From contig OX597817.1 of the NCBI GenBank assembly GCA_951406725.2, positions 113,832,001-113,896,000 of the forward strand: DNA of 64,000 nucleotides. Direction: 5' to 3'. Source of the DNA: Octopus vulgaris. Taxonomy: Eukaryota. A program made the position numbers and the translations under genes. Of the stretch, positions 39,986 through 52,806 are shown piece by piece. The notes under the pieces were generated by a model. The model did not search any database. It had not been told where the DNA came from and saw only the letters and a list, made by a program, of their open reading frames with translations. Within the stretch, counting starts at the first letter, position 1, and every line of letters begins with the position of its first letter.

Positions 39986-41233
39986 TCAACTTAATAACAC
40001 CCTGATTTTCACTGTAGCCTTACTGACTAAAATGAAATATTCTTCCTGCTTGAAAAAAGTCTAACAAGCAGAGACCCCACAATCAAAGCTGCATTTTTCA
40101 CTTAGCAACATCATGTTACAGCAGGTTTGGCCATTGAACTGTGCTACATTCATGTAATAACATTTAATTCCCTCTAGGCATTTTTGTTTTTAATTGTACT
40201 TAGACTTAATGGGGTAAAAACATTTTGTTTGTTTTTCTTCAAATTATGAAGTAAGCATTCAGTGAACAGTGTCAATAACTGTATATTTATTTATAGGGTA
40301 AATTACCATTGTGATTATCAATTTCAGAAACACTTACGAAAAATTCTATAAAAGATTGTTCCTGATAAAGACTAATAATGCATATAATAAATCTCAGGAG
40401 GCACAGTCTACAAATTAACTGGCAAGCTAAAAACAGCAAGTGTAATTGGCAGGAGTAAAGTTAAACTGTATACAGAGTAGAATTACAAGTGCAGTTTGTT
40501 CTGTCAAGCAGAATATTACTTTGGTAAGATTTCTCACAACAAACAAAACCACTGCCTGCTGAATTACATTCCTGTATTATTGCACTTCTTTAACCTAAAC
40601 AATTTCTTTTCTCTATTATAAGGCTATTAAAAAGTTATTAAAATGTAGCAGTGGAGCATAATCCAGCTCACTCCTCTGGATAAATTATTAAGCGCTGACT
40701 AGAATGCAATGGAATTCACAAAGGCTCTTCAGAAATTACTCAACAGCAGCAGTAATGACACAATACTCTTCAATATCTTTATATAAAAGCCAATGAGTCA
40801 GTTGTCTGGTTATAGGAAAGTTTGTTGAGAATAATTAAAGTATTGTCCTGAAGAATTTAAGCTTTTTCTCTATCCACACAGCAATTCATGAGAAAAAAAA
40901 GACAATTCCACATTCTATAATTACTCTTTAATGTAGTTCCATTATCTGTATTAAGAAAACACATTCAATCTATGAAAAAGTTACTTCCATAAAACTCTCA
41001 TTACTTTAATGGAGATAACCTTTCATGGATTTAATATTTATCATGTAAGTAAACAAAGAAAAATTATACATAGAAAGGGCAGCCATGTACAAACATACAG
41101 ACATAGAAATATAACTTTCAAAGATGTTTATTATTTAGCCACCAAGTCAGACTTGACTGAGCAGATCTATGAAGAAAAGTAGTCCAATAATCACCAGAGT
41201 CTTTTCTTTTAAAGACAACAGAATATAATTTGA

Positions 41234-41440
41234 CCCTTTCACATTCAGATTACTCTCGGATGTAATGCATATTTATACACTTCATTTTTGATTAATCATG
41301 CATTATATTATAGCTTCAAGATTTCAATGATGCGACTATTTTTAGAATGACACTATAGGGTAGCTGTGCGAAACCAGATCTGGTTGGTTTGAATATAAAA
41401 CAAGGAGAATATTTAGGGTTGAATATGGCCAGTTTAAATG
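41234..41440. mobile_element. piggyBac-like MITE, family 1, right end truncated
   Basis: Collinear with 6584-6799 (CATTCAGATTACTCT...TTTTAGAATGACA...CCAGTTTAAATG). Confidence 0.8.
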
Positions 41441-42671
41441 GTTGATTACAGAACAGTCAGTCTTCAACAACAGCATAAATTTGAATTGTAAGCTTTTTTT
41501 TTTGGCTTCATCTAACGCATTTATTCTGATGTGAAGACAATTAGAATACTTGAATTATAAATATATATAAAAAAAAAACAATCTTAGAGAAAACTACTTT
41601 GAATATTTGCTCTATATTTAAAATTAACCACTTCTTAAGAATAGATTGAAATTAATTATTGTTTTATAATTGACTGTAATTTGCTTAAGTAATGAAACAG
41701 ATAAAACAGTAGTGAAGGCCACTAACATTAAAAAAACTTAGCCTATTATATATATATATTTTTTTTGTTACTACCGAATCAAAATTTCTTTCAGAAAAAT
41801 GTAATTCAAGGCTTTAGGAAATATATACTAATGTTTGAGATCCTTGAAAGACTGTGTTATAAATTTGTTACACACTAGTATAAATAATAAAACAAGGTAA
41901 GGGTTTTCTACATTACACTTGCTTGGTGCAATCTTCTGACATCGTTTGATATTTGTAAATGATTGTCTTTGTCATACAAGCCGTGTCATTCGTTTCTAAT
42001 ATTCTGCAAGAACATGTCTGACCATAAGGAAATATTACTTTGCTTGGAAACGTGTGAGGGTTGGCAATAAGGAGAGCCATCTGGCTGTAGCAAATTTGCC
42101 TCAATAAATTCTATCCGAGGCATAGAAAAGTGAATGTCAAAATTATAAGGATGATAAGATTTTGGGTTTTTTTTACTTTCCTTCTGCTTTTTGAGTGTCT
42201 GATGATGAATGGAAAGTGGGGTGAATTGCTGTATGATGAGATGTGGGCCAGATGGAGAGAAAAACTACAAGTTCAGAAGAGTAGCTGTTAGTACAATAAC
42301 AATAGAAGAGACAAAAATAGGAAACAACAAATCTGTGGACAAGTGTTTCTAGAATGATGGTAAGTGAATGATTGTCAGTCAAATACAGACAATGTTCAGA
42401 AAATGGTGCCAACAATTATTAGAAGGCTCTTGATCTATAATGAGTTCTCACATTTGAATAGATTTTTGTAAAGTATGTTTAAATGAAGTGACTCAATATA
42501 TGCCTAGGATTTATTTTATCAATCCAAGCAAAAGAGAAACAAAATCGACTCTGGTGGGATTTAGTGTAGAAGGGAGGATAAAACTATGTGAGACATTTAA
42601 TTTATGTTAGTCCAGCAATATGTTTCTGTTATGTTGCTGACTTCCCCACTGGTTAATAGTACTGAACTTAC

Positions 42672-42703
42672 TTTAATACAATAGTCTGCCATTGCATGTG
42701 CTG
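42672..42703 (-). CDS. Candidate short exon (xAHAMADYCIK or QHMQWQTIVL)
   Basis: TTTTTTTATTCTTTCATCTCCCAG|CAG (NAGNAG) acceptor and AAA|GTAAGT donor 32 nt apart. Confidence 0.4.
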
Positions 42704-43044
42704 CTGGGAGATGAAAGAATAAAAAAATCTTTTTAAATTTCTTTTTATGAAATGTTCCAAGATTGTACTTTGTAAGTCTGAAATATCTTGTGAAATCCAC
42801 AGGTCCAAAGATAATGTAAGGACTTAGTCAAAACTGAGTTACTACGATGGTCATGAGGTTACGGTAGTGACTGGACTTCTGACATTTAGAAGGTTTAAAA
42901 TTTGAATCAAGCTATTCTAGGCTATTGTACTGTGCTTCAGCACATTACTCTAATAAGAAAATATCCTTGATATTCATTGTTCAATCCTGTTTTCACAAAA
43001 TTGTTTTCCTTCTCGATATTACAAAGCAAATGAGTGGCACTCAC

Positions 43045-43098
43045 ATTTAATAAAGATCAAAAAACACGTATCACATAGTAAGCTTGAAAATGCAGCAG
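43045..43098 (-). CDS. Candidate 54-nt exon (xAAFSSLLCDTCFLIFIK)
   Basis: TTGTCCAG acceptor and AAT|GTGAGT donor; phase 1-1, joins in frame to 42703-42672. Confidence 0.3.
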
Positions 43099-43679
43099 CT
43101 GGACAACTATGGAATGAAGTCACTAATGAAAAAACTACATTAACATGAACATGATTCTTGTACACACTACAATAAAGACATCTTTGATAGAATAGATGAA
43201 ATTTAGCCAAGCTTCACTCAAATCAATGAATGCTTTCTCCAGTTATTTTTCTTGCCCTCACATTTACATATACACACTCATGTACAAACACACACTCATG
43301 TACACACACACACACACACACTAACACACACACACACACATACATACATACATACAACTGTAGTTTTTATCTTATTATTTCATGAAATAAAAGCAGAAAT
43401 AAAAGGAGCTTTGATGAAACAGAAATCAATATTTTGCCAGTTAATAGTTTCCATCAATCTGGTAACTAAATCTTCATTCAGATACCATATTACAAAGACT
43501 ATTCCCCCACACTACAAACACCAACAGTAATAATAGCAGAAGTAGTAGTTTAAACAGGTCAGCAAAGAGTAGTTTGTTTTCAGCTGTCTCTAGCCTCCGT
43601 CATTTTATCTGCAAGACCATGAAAGTTTTCATTATTTCTACAATGAACATATATTGATTGGTGGGACTAATAATTAATA

Positions 43680-44000
43680 ATAATGATGATGATGTTTCTA
43701 ATTTAGGCACAGGACCTGCAATTTTGAGGCCGGCGGGAGAGTAACTAATTACATTGATCTCAGTACTTGACTGGTACTTCATTATATCATCTCAGAAATG
43801 TTGAGCCTAGTACATTTTGAAGGGATACAATTAAATACTGCAATGCATTTTGCCTGCTACTCTGCTGATTCTGCTAATTAATCTATCATCAAAATGATGA
43901 TTATAATTTTTATTGGCTAAACAGTCCAAGACATTGAGGACAATACAAGGATGAAAAGTAGAGTTTAGAGCAAGGAAAAAGATATCAAATAAAGCATAGG

Positions 44001-44043
<43 letters not shown>

Positions 44044-45000
44044 CCTTTCTACTATAAGCACAAGGCCTGAAATATGGGGAAGGGAACAAGACAATTACAT
44101 CGACTCCAGTATTTCACTGGTACTTAATTAATTGACCCCGAAAGGATGAAAGGCAAATGGAATTTGAACTCAAAGCATAAAGATGGACAAAATACCACGA
44201 AGTATTTTGCCTGAGGTGCTAACGATTTTGCCACCTCACCACCTTATAATAATAATCCTTTCTACTATAGGTGCTGGTATTGCTATGTGTTAAGAAGGTT
44301 GCTTACCAACCACATGGTTCTGGGTTCAGTCCCCATTGTGTACCATCTTGGGCAAGTGTCTTCTACTATAGCTTCAGGCCAACCAAAGCCTTGTGAGAGG
44401 ATTTTGTAGAGGGAAACTGACAGAAACCCATCATATATATGTGTGTGTTTGTCCCCACCACTTGATAACTGGTGTTGTTGTTTTTTACATCTCCCAACTT
44501 AGCAGTTCAGCAAAAGAAAGTGATAGAATAAGTACTAGCCTTTAAAAGAAATAAGTACTGTGGTCAATACATTCAACTAAAAATTCTTCACGGCAGTGCC
44601 CCAGCATGGCCACAGTCTAATAACTAAAACAAATAAAAGATAAAAAGTCTGAAATTTTAGGGAAGGGGACTAGTCAATTATATCAACCCCAGTACTTGTG
44701 CTTTACTTTATTGACTTGTGCTTGAGGCACAAAGCTAGCAATTTTAGGGGGGGAAAGGGTTAGTCACTTACATCAAATCTAGCACTTGATTGGTACTTAA
44801 TTTTATTGGTCTCAAAAAGATGAAAGGCAAAGTTGACTCTGGAGGTAGTTGAACTAAGAACAAATGTCACAAAGCATTTTTTACTAACTCTAACAATCCT
44901 AAGACCAGAAATTTTGGGGGAAAAGAATACTTGGTTCAGCTGACCCCAATACTTGAGAGATACTTATATTAACCTTGGAAGTATGTAAGGCAAAGTCATT
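43680..45000 (-). mobile_element. Second cluster of family B copies on (AAT)n, one interrupted by a family A copy
   Basis: Units near 43680-43790, 44005-44245, 44246-44269 plus 44648-44700, 44725-44900 and 44900-45000. Confidence 0.8.
44270..44647 (+). mobile_element. SINE family A, full length, nested in family B
   Basis: Collinear with 45385-45800; flanks CCTTTCTACTATA and TCTGAAATTTTAGGGAAGGGGACTAGTC are near-contiguous in family B. Confidence 0.9.
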
Positions 45001-45384
45001 TAGAAATACTAATGATTTATGTTACGAAAGAGTAGCCAATTCTTCCACAAATCATACCCAAATATCTTGCAAAAGAGAAGGACGTATTCTAATGCAATTT
45101 TAGCAAGACTGAAAAACAACAACAGCAAATTCTGAGATTTTGATATGAAACTAAAATTTTTCAGAAGATGAAATATAGTTAGTAGCACTACGATATCTTA
45201 GGCAAGTATCTTCCACTGTTGTCATATGTTGACCAATACTTTGTCAGTGAATTTTAGTAAAAGAAAACTATACAGCTCCCTATAAATATCCAAGCCCAAA
45301 ATAAAAGACAAAAATACAAACAATCACAAGAATATGATGAACTAATTTTATTTTTATCAATTTCTTTATATAAGAACTTCAATG

Positions 45385-45553
45385 GGCGTAGGAGTGGCTG
45401 TGTGGTAAGTAGCTTGCTAACCAACCACATGGTTCCGGGTTCAGTCCCACTGCATGGCGTCTTGGGCAAGTGTCTTCTGCTATAGCCTCGGGCCGACCAA
45501 AGCCTTGCGAATGGATTTGGTAGACGGAAACTGAAAGAATACTGTCGTATATA

Positions 45554-45604
<51 letters not shown>

Positions 45605-45800
45605 ATGTGTTTGTCCCTCTACCATTGCTTGACAACCGATGCTGGTGTGTTTACGTCCCCGTCACTTAGCAGTTTGGCAAAAGAGACCGATAGAATAAGT
45701 ACTGGGCTTACAAAGAATAAGTCCCGGGGTCGATTTGCTCGACTAAAGGCGGTGCTCCAGCATGGCCACAGTCAAAATGACTGAAACAAGTAAAAGAGTA
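45385..45800 (+). mobile_element. SINE family A, best-preserved copy (tRNA-derived head)
   Basis: GGCGTAGGAGTGGCTGTGTGGTAAG (A box), CCGGGTTCAGTCCC (B box), CpGs retained, central (TG)(TA) repeat, tail GACTGAAACAAGTAAAAGAGTA. Confidence 0.93.
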
Positions 45801-46357
45801 TGTAACCGTAACTGCATGGAGTTTCTGTGAAAATAAAATTGAAAGTTTTCTTTTACTAATGTGACTACATAACTAATAATGGTTCACAATATCTGCAAGA
45901 GAGAATCACTTGATTCATTAAATAAACATCTCTTAAGAGACTGCACTTGTTTAACCTGCTAGGAATCATACTCCACTGTCTTAAATGACACACTGGATAA
46001 TATTGTCCTGCTCTGAGTTGACCAGAGGTTAAATAATGACTAAATAGCTTTATCCGCAAACACAGCAAGGGTGTGGTAGATAAAGTTAACGTCTTCTCCA
46101 CTGAAATGGAGAGAAGGAGAAGGAGGTGCAAACTAATTTGGCTACTGCCCCATCCTAATATCACACAGGCAAGAAAGCAAATCCTTAACTACAGTATGAA
46201 ACAAAAAGAAGCCAGGAGGCAGCAATATTTCTCACTGAAATTTATTGATCAATCAGTCAGTCAACCAGTTGGTTATTCCTTCCTCTGCTACACACAAAAC
46301 AATTACTCCTCTAAGGCACATTCTAAAGTTATTTATACAAGGAAGGAAGAAGCCAAC

Positions 46358-46430
46358 CTGGTTCACCACCCTTATTGCCACATGTTCTTTTGCATTATCT
46401 CTTCTATCACTTCTGGCAGCCATCTCCTCA
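46358..46430 (-). CDS. Candidate exon (EEMAARSDRRDNAKEHVAIRVVNQ)
   Basis: TGTTCTGCAG acceptor, GAGATGG start context at 46423, CAG|GTTGGC donor; non-repetitive and GC-richer than the flanks. Confidence 0.25.
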
Positions 46431-46869
46431 CTGCAGAACAGTTGTTGCGAGTGATGCATAACTTAAATATTGCTATGAAAGCTAACTCAATAAGGTACAC
46501 AGGGTGATAAAAACCAAAAAAAAAAATTGATAAACAAATAAGTAATAATAAAAGTAAAGATAGGGACTGTAAGAATTTAAATACAAACACACAAAAACAC
46601 ATGAATGCATGCTTGCATGGAAGGTGCTGGCTTTTTCTAAAACTTCAAAGTTATCTGAATATCAAGGAAAGTAAATCTCAAAAATGCAGTAGATTTATAT
46701 ATTTTAACATACATTAATTGTGTAGATATTCTTTCACATCAAATGTGCATATGAGTGTTTTTTAAAACAGCTAAAGACAACAAAAAGCATTTTGTTCATT
46801 TGAAGGTACATCAGGGATTTATAGAAGAGAAGTTAACAAATATATATATATTAGAGAAAGAAATTTTTG

Positions 46870-47360
46870 TTAGCATTAGTAGTGTGGATACCATCATCTT
46901 TCTTATACTCTACATTTGATTCCTCTTATGCTCAGTTCTTTTCTCAGCACATTTGTCCTATGTCTTCCACATACATTTACATTGCACATCCAATGGAGCA
47001 TGTTCCTTCATTTCTTTCCAGTCTTCTCAAGACTCCTCCCTTCAAAGCCTGTCTCTATCATGCAACATTGCAGTTCAAGTACAAGCATCATACAATCTAC
47101 TCTTCACTCTGTGGGAGAAGACCTTTGTTACCAAGAGTGATAGTACCTCCCTAAACTTTCTCCAACTTATGCTTACTTTGGCTGTTATACTTTCAGAGCA
47201 ACCACTTTCCTTGTTAATTACATCTCGTAGGTAGCAAAGCTACTTCTAGTGAGCCACCTATGCACTTAAAATTTATTTCAGGGTGCTCATAGAACATACT
47301 GCTCCAGTGGATCTAGTTCCCTTAGTTTGACTGAGATTCCACCTACACCTCTTGTGTGTC
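46870..47360 (-). pseudogene. RTE-clade LINE ORF fragment
   Basis: CYLRDVINKESGCSESITAKVSISWRKFREVLSLLVTKVFSHRVKSRLYDAC...RRLERNE...MLHWMCNV matches the RTE post-RT motifs FxYLG, AWxKFREL, KGRLY and MLRWM. Confidence 0.85.
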
Positions 47361-47379
47361 CATAGCTAACAATAGGTAC

Positions 47380-48129
47380 ATCATATGAAATTTATACCTA
47401 CTCTTATTCTCAACATCAAGCAAGATACTAGGGTCCAAAGTGATGAGTGTTTGCTATGACTTTTTATAACATTGTCAGGATGCTGATATAGAAGAGGAAG
47501 TTGGATAGCAATAACTGGTACATGAAGGATATGAAGAATATGATCTATGAGGGGACACAGATAGTTATATAGGGTTCGACGTTGAAGATTTCTAGTATAG
47601 GTGGTTGGGGCTGATTGAGCAGTTGCATTGTGAGCAAGTGAGTCCCAAATTTTCATGATTAAAAAGAACAGAAACATTAAAGAGGAGGAAAAAAGGGCAG
47701 TTTTAACATATTAGAACATAAAAGTATTGAATAAATGTGATAAAATTAAAGATAGGAAAACAGAAATTTGGTGCATATCTTCGCATGTTTTCATTTATTG
47801 TATAAATGGCTGTCTGGTAGGAATGGGTTGACTAAAGTAATATAATTCATAAAGCCCTGTAGTATATATAAGAGGCCAGAAGGTAAGAGAGCAAGAGAAA
47901 AACCAAAGAAAGGGACAGGGTGAGGGAACCTTTATTTTACCTTCGTGAGCAATGCCAATAGAGAAAAATATATTGAAAAACAATTTAGCAAGTGCCAAAC
48001 TTCCTTGAGAGAGAAGACATGTTAAAAAGACCACAGCCACATTAAAGATGAGGCAAAAAGGGCAGCTTTCACACATTGGAACATAAAGTAGTGAATGGAT
48101 GTGGTAAAATTAAAGACAGAAAAACAGAA
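47380..48129 (-). mobile_element. Probable Penelope-like element: partially tandem pLTR plus decayed GIY-YIG linker/endonuclease
   Basis: About 112-bp direct repeats at 47654-47765 and 48018-48129; DSLAH...PTTYTRNLQR, frameshifted FxCTS, LFYI resemble RDxLVH...PGTFPCNRPR, FTCTS, LYIG. Confidence 0.45.
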
Positions 48130-49483
48130 TGTGTGTGTGTGTAAAGACTGCCTTCTCTTTTCAAAGATTTCCTTCTTTTATATAGATTTCATTGAAAAGA
48201 TCTGCATAGCAGTAAACTGAAAGAAAGTATTTTATGCATGAGATAACCTAAGAGTTATTGAAAACTAGCAATTTACTTAATTCTTTTCATTTATATATAT
48301 TATTTTATACATTTCTTTTTTATTTTACTACTTCTGTGTGCATGTGCATATGTATTCTGTCACATTCACCAATAATTGAAGTCGAGAAAAAAAAGACGTA
48401 AAATGCAACAAGTAAATGATAAAGACAGATTCCTGATGCCAGTTTAATACAATAAAGTATTCAACCTGTGAAAGCACTGATAATCAATAAATAAATTAAG
48501 AGCTATAACCCTTATTGTATCCGCCTGGATGTTTTTTTAGCATTTTTTAAAAGACACATTTTGAAGGAGAAGGGAACTGACAGGAAACAAAAAAAGATAA
48601 ATATCTAACCTAAGATTACAAAAAAAAAGGGTGGGGAATAAAAAGGAAAAGGTAACATCAGTTCAAAAAGTACAGCAACTCTTTAAAAATAATACCTCAA
48701 CAATTTTTCATCACAATGTTCATCATGAGCAGAAAGAAAAGTGAAAATTTGTGATGAAGGTTTTGTGAAATTCATTGAAGCTCCATTGATACTGAGGGCT
48801 TAAATAAGAAAAACAATTTTTTTCTTAAATCTTTGGCAACATTGCTAATTTTTATTAAACATTTAACAGCAAAATTAAATTTCATGGTTATTCCAATAAT
48901 GATATTAAATATCTACCAAAAAGCAAAACTGGTATTTTCAGCATATCATGCTGCTTCAATGAACTTGGTGTATCTCAATAGAAAATAGTTCCAAACATGA
49001 CATTCCTCAACAAAATACAGATTGGTATATAAAACTGCTTTCCACAGTTAAAGGTAATGCAACTTTGAGCAGATGTGTCTGTTTTCTGCAGTAAAATGGT
49101 TAATTAGAAACCATGTAATAAAAACATCATCAGAAAAACTGACACCAACAACGAGAAGATATTTCACTACCAGCAAAATATGGAACCCTAAAGTCAGGGC
49201 TTTGGAGTTGATACACAAAATCTCTGACTCATCCATTAGTATATAGTATCTCTGATTCTGACCTCTGCTCTGCTATTTGTAATTAAACTAATCATATATT
49301 TCTTATACTGACTAAAAGAGACTAAATGAGAATGCTTTTTATCAGAATGCCTAAAGTTTAAAAATATGAACATGAATGAATGAGGCTATAAGAATACTAT
49401 GAAAGAAAATCATGAATATATTTGCTTACTGGTTTAAAAATCTTAACTACAACAATGTTAAAACTAAAAGATTGAACATTTAA

Positions 49484-49690
49484 CCCTTTAGCATTCAGAT
49501 TACTCTGTCAAATGTAATGCTTATTCATTCACATTATTTTGAAGTAATCATGCATCATTCTATAGCTTTCGAAATTTCAACGATGTAACTTTATTTTTAG
49601 AATGGAAGTGCAACAAGGTTGGTGCAAGAGGCCAGATCTAAGCAGGTTTAATATAAAACAGAATATTTCAGCTGGATTAAAGCAACTTTA
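49484..49690. mobile_element. piggyBac-like MITE, family 1
   Basis: TTAA|CCCTTTAGCATTCAGATTACTCTGTCAAATG; collinear with 6584-6799; right TIR lost. Confidence 0.8.
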
Positions 49691-51125
49691 AAAAATGACC
49701 ATTTAAAAAGAAATAAACTCAGTTAGATACATAACCCATATGGAGATTAAAGCATTGTCTGAAAATAAAATTTAAGTAAATGTAACATGGAAGATTACAT
49801 TAAGTAAAATAAATATCACATTGTAAAATATTAACGCATCTATTCTTACATTTATTAAAGAAGCACTATATCTGTAAATAAACATCTTGCTTTTAAAAAC
49901 AGAATTGCTTCTACCAGATTCTCCTTTCTAGAAGTTGTTACAATTAATACAATTATTCAGTGCAGAAAACAGTTAAATTAGTATCCATGAATGTTAGAAT
50001 TTATTTTTCATTGGAGTTGGTACATTTTTATTGGATCCAATTCTGACTCCAGTAAACAAACATCTCACCAAATAATCTTTGCAAAGAAGGCTGGATATAC
50101 CTGTTATAAATTAGATAGATAGATGGTTTGGGTCTTGTCAGTAGTCCTGTTGTTCTTTTCTAGTCTCATCCAGCTGTTTGTGTCTTAATACTATTTACAT
50201 CAAAATCTTCCTAGTCAATTCATAGTCCAATGATATTGATTTATGTTACTGCTGTCTCTGCCTATTTTTTCAATGTATGTAATAATTAGATAGGTTTGCA
50301 ATATATCCTATGGTAGCTGTCTTTATCTTTGATTGCACTTGTTTATCAAACTATTCCATGTCCATTTATATCTGCTAAGAATATATTTGATGTTATTATT
50401 GGTGCTAAAGTTTCTGAAATTATCATTTCTAAGATTTAAGGCCAACCTTAATACATACTTCAAAACAGAGTAAAAACCAATAATACATTAGCTTTCAGAT
50501 CCCAGTCAGTTGAGAAGATAAATCAGGAGAATGTATTTGATAACTCCTTTTTTGAAGTAAACTAGTAATTGCCAGAAGGCGAAGAAATTTTTAAAGATTT
50601 CTGTCTTCAATGAGAGAAATAAGTAAAATTGCTGTTATTATATAACAAAAGGAAATGAAAATAATGAAATTTAAATTCTGAATCAATGACAATCAATTGA
50701 ATTCTAAGACATCAAACACATCATACTTGTGCTAATCTTCAGCAATGAATGAGAACATTCTGAAAGAAATTCAAACCTCCCACTTAAAGATAGGCTGTTG
50801 GCAAAGAAGAAGTGAAAAATTGCTATTGATTTTGTACTGCTGATTGGAAGATTTTAAGAACTGAGTGCCATTGCAAAAAAAGAGGAAAACAAAATAAAAC
50901 ATTTCTTATGATCTTCACAGTGAGAGTTATGCTTCATTAACTGAATAAAACATTGAAAATATCAAGGACATTACAAAGATGAAATAGACAATAATATATT
51001 TCTCTTTTAGTGTCAGCACCACCAATATTCACCAGGGTAGTTCAAGCCAATAAGAGAGTCACTATGCCCTAGCTCTTTACCTACTACTAAATAGAATCCA
51101 ATCACCTTCAAATCATACCCTAATG

Positions 51126-51390
51126 CAGTGTTTCTCATGGTGAGGGCTGAGGATCGAAAGGGGCAGATAAATTGCTATGTTTAATAAAAGACATAGTTTT
51201 AAATGTTTTAAACTTATCCTACACTATTGCAAAATAGAAGAATTAACTAGATACAAATTATTTTGTTTTCATGTAAATAAAAGGTATTAATAAAGAGGGG
51301 AGGTGCAAAAAAATGTCCTTAATTTTGTTAATTTTATTTATTTATTTATTTTTTTACAGTGGGATGCTGATTGATGTCAGAGAATAACTG
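51126..51390. mobile_element. hAT (Charlie-like) MITE nested in a family E copy
   Basis: CAGTGTTTCTC...GAGAATAACTG TIRs; 8-bp TSD CCCTAATG / CACTTATG (6/8); family E resumes on both sides (about 51050-51530). Confidence 0.65.
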
Positions 51391-51806
51391 CACTTATGTC
51401 TTAAAACAGGAAGGATGCAAATGGACAATTTAGTCCTAGATATATAAAAATAAGATGGCTATGGCTGGAATGCTTCTGATCAGAGGTCTGCTCTGTTTAA
51501 CTGAGACTAACCTAGGACTAAATAGTAGCAACTACTGTAGTTATATTACAGAAAAGAAAAGCAAACCCTAATAATGACTCAAACCACAACAAGATTAGTT
51601 TCTTAATCAGGTATAAAGACTTAAGATTATTGGAATAGGAAATAAGATGCTGTAATTTACATAATTTTCTTAAGGGTATTAAATTAGATTCAAATGAGAT
51701 TAAAGCAAGTCATAAGTCATTTCACAGAGAGTTTGTGTTTATTCTGAAGCTCCCCACTCAAACGACTATAACATCAATCCCATTCTTTCTGTTTTTGGTT
51801 GTAACA

Positions 51807-52020
51807 GTTGGTGTTTAACCCCAGGTTAACTCTGACTGAGTTGGTCTATGATTAAAGGCATTCTAGCCTTTGACTACCCTAGCCTTTATTCAGACAGTGT
51901 GTTTGGTACCCAATTATCTAAAGTATCCTTCCTTCCTTGAAGAAGATATAGTGTGATTTGAAAGATTTTTGTGCTATTTCTATGAGGCTGAGTGAGCACA
52001 TGAAGGCTACCTAGTTAGCT
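51807..52020 (-). mobile_element. Family E, near complete
   Basis: GTTTAACCCCAGGT...GGTCTATGATTAAAGGCATTCTAGCC...GTGTGATTTGAAAGATTT...GCTATTTCTA. Confidence 0.7.
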
Positions 52021-52021
52021 C

Positions 52022-52420
52022 CATCATAATCACTTTCATATGCTCATTTTTCCATATTCACATGAGTCAGATTGGATTTGGGTTGACAAAAATGGACCTA
52101 TTGCCAGATGCTCTTCCTATCACCAGCCCTCACTTGTTTCCAAGCAAGCTAAATATTTCCCCATGGTTGGACACAAAACATTGGAAATGAAACTTGCATG
52201 ACAATAATGCTTGTTTACAAATTATTGAATGATGCCAAGACAATGAGATAAAAACATACATGCATACATCTCCACATACATACATACATAAATGATGGGT
52301 TTCTTTTAGTTTCTGTTCACCAAATCCACTCAAAGCTTTGGTCAAGGTACCACACAATGGGATTAGACCTGAATGCAGATGGTCAGAAAGCAATCTTTTT
52401 AATCACACAACCATGTCTAC
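52022..52420 (-). mobile_element. Composite SINE (A head + D body + C tail)
   Basis: Reverse complement of the architecture at 33877-34285. Confidence 0.7.
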
Positions 52421-52424
52421 CATT

Positions 52425-52806
52425 TATCCATCCATCTTCTCTACCTTCTATTTCTGGGAGGGTCATGGAGGTAGAGTCCTCAGGTACCTCCTCCATAGGA
52501 TTCTATCAGAAAGACCTGTCTTTACACTTTACAGCTGGATTTGCAAGCATGACCAACTGAGATTATGGACATTAATCAAACCATCTCATTCTTGGTTTAA
52601 CTCTAGGTCTCCTGCCAGTTGGTTTGGCTTGAAGAATCCATCTTGTGATTCTTTCCTGTGGTATTCTAATCACATGTCCATAGCACTGGAGCTGTAACTT
52701 CTCAATGTGAAGAAATAGTGGCTTGATGCAAAAGAGACATCCTGCTCTCTGAGCTACACACCCTGTTGAGTAATATTACTCTGGAAATCCTTCAATAGAA
52801 CTCCCA
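52425..52806 (-). pseudogene. RTE-clade (Expander-like) LINE 3' end
   Basis: IKPLFLHIEKLQLQCYGHVIRIPQERITRWILQAKPTGRRPRVKPRMRWFD matches QLRWFGHxxRM...GRRPRGRPRTRW; GATGGATGG tail. Confidence 0.85.

Noticed and set aside
45385-45455. tRNA gene
   Set aside because: A and B boxes belong to a multi-copy SINE head that continues into a SINE body
42672-46430. SUMO-like gene from EHVAIRVVNQ, GEDVNF and AMADYCIK
   Set aside because: The pieces do not join in frame (46358 to 46100 gives WRRR*), and no connecting exon or C-terminal GG was found
50030-50460. Ancient Tc1/mariner catalytic fragment (PAFFAKIIW*D on minus)
   Set aside because: A single weak motif without supporting motifs or TIRs
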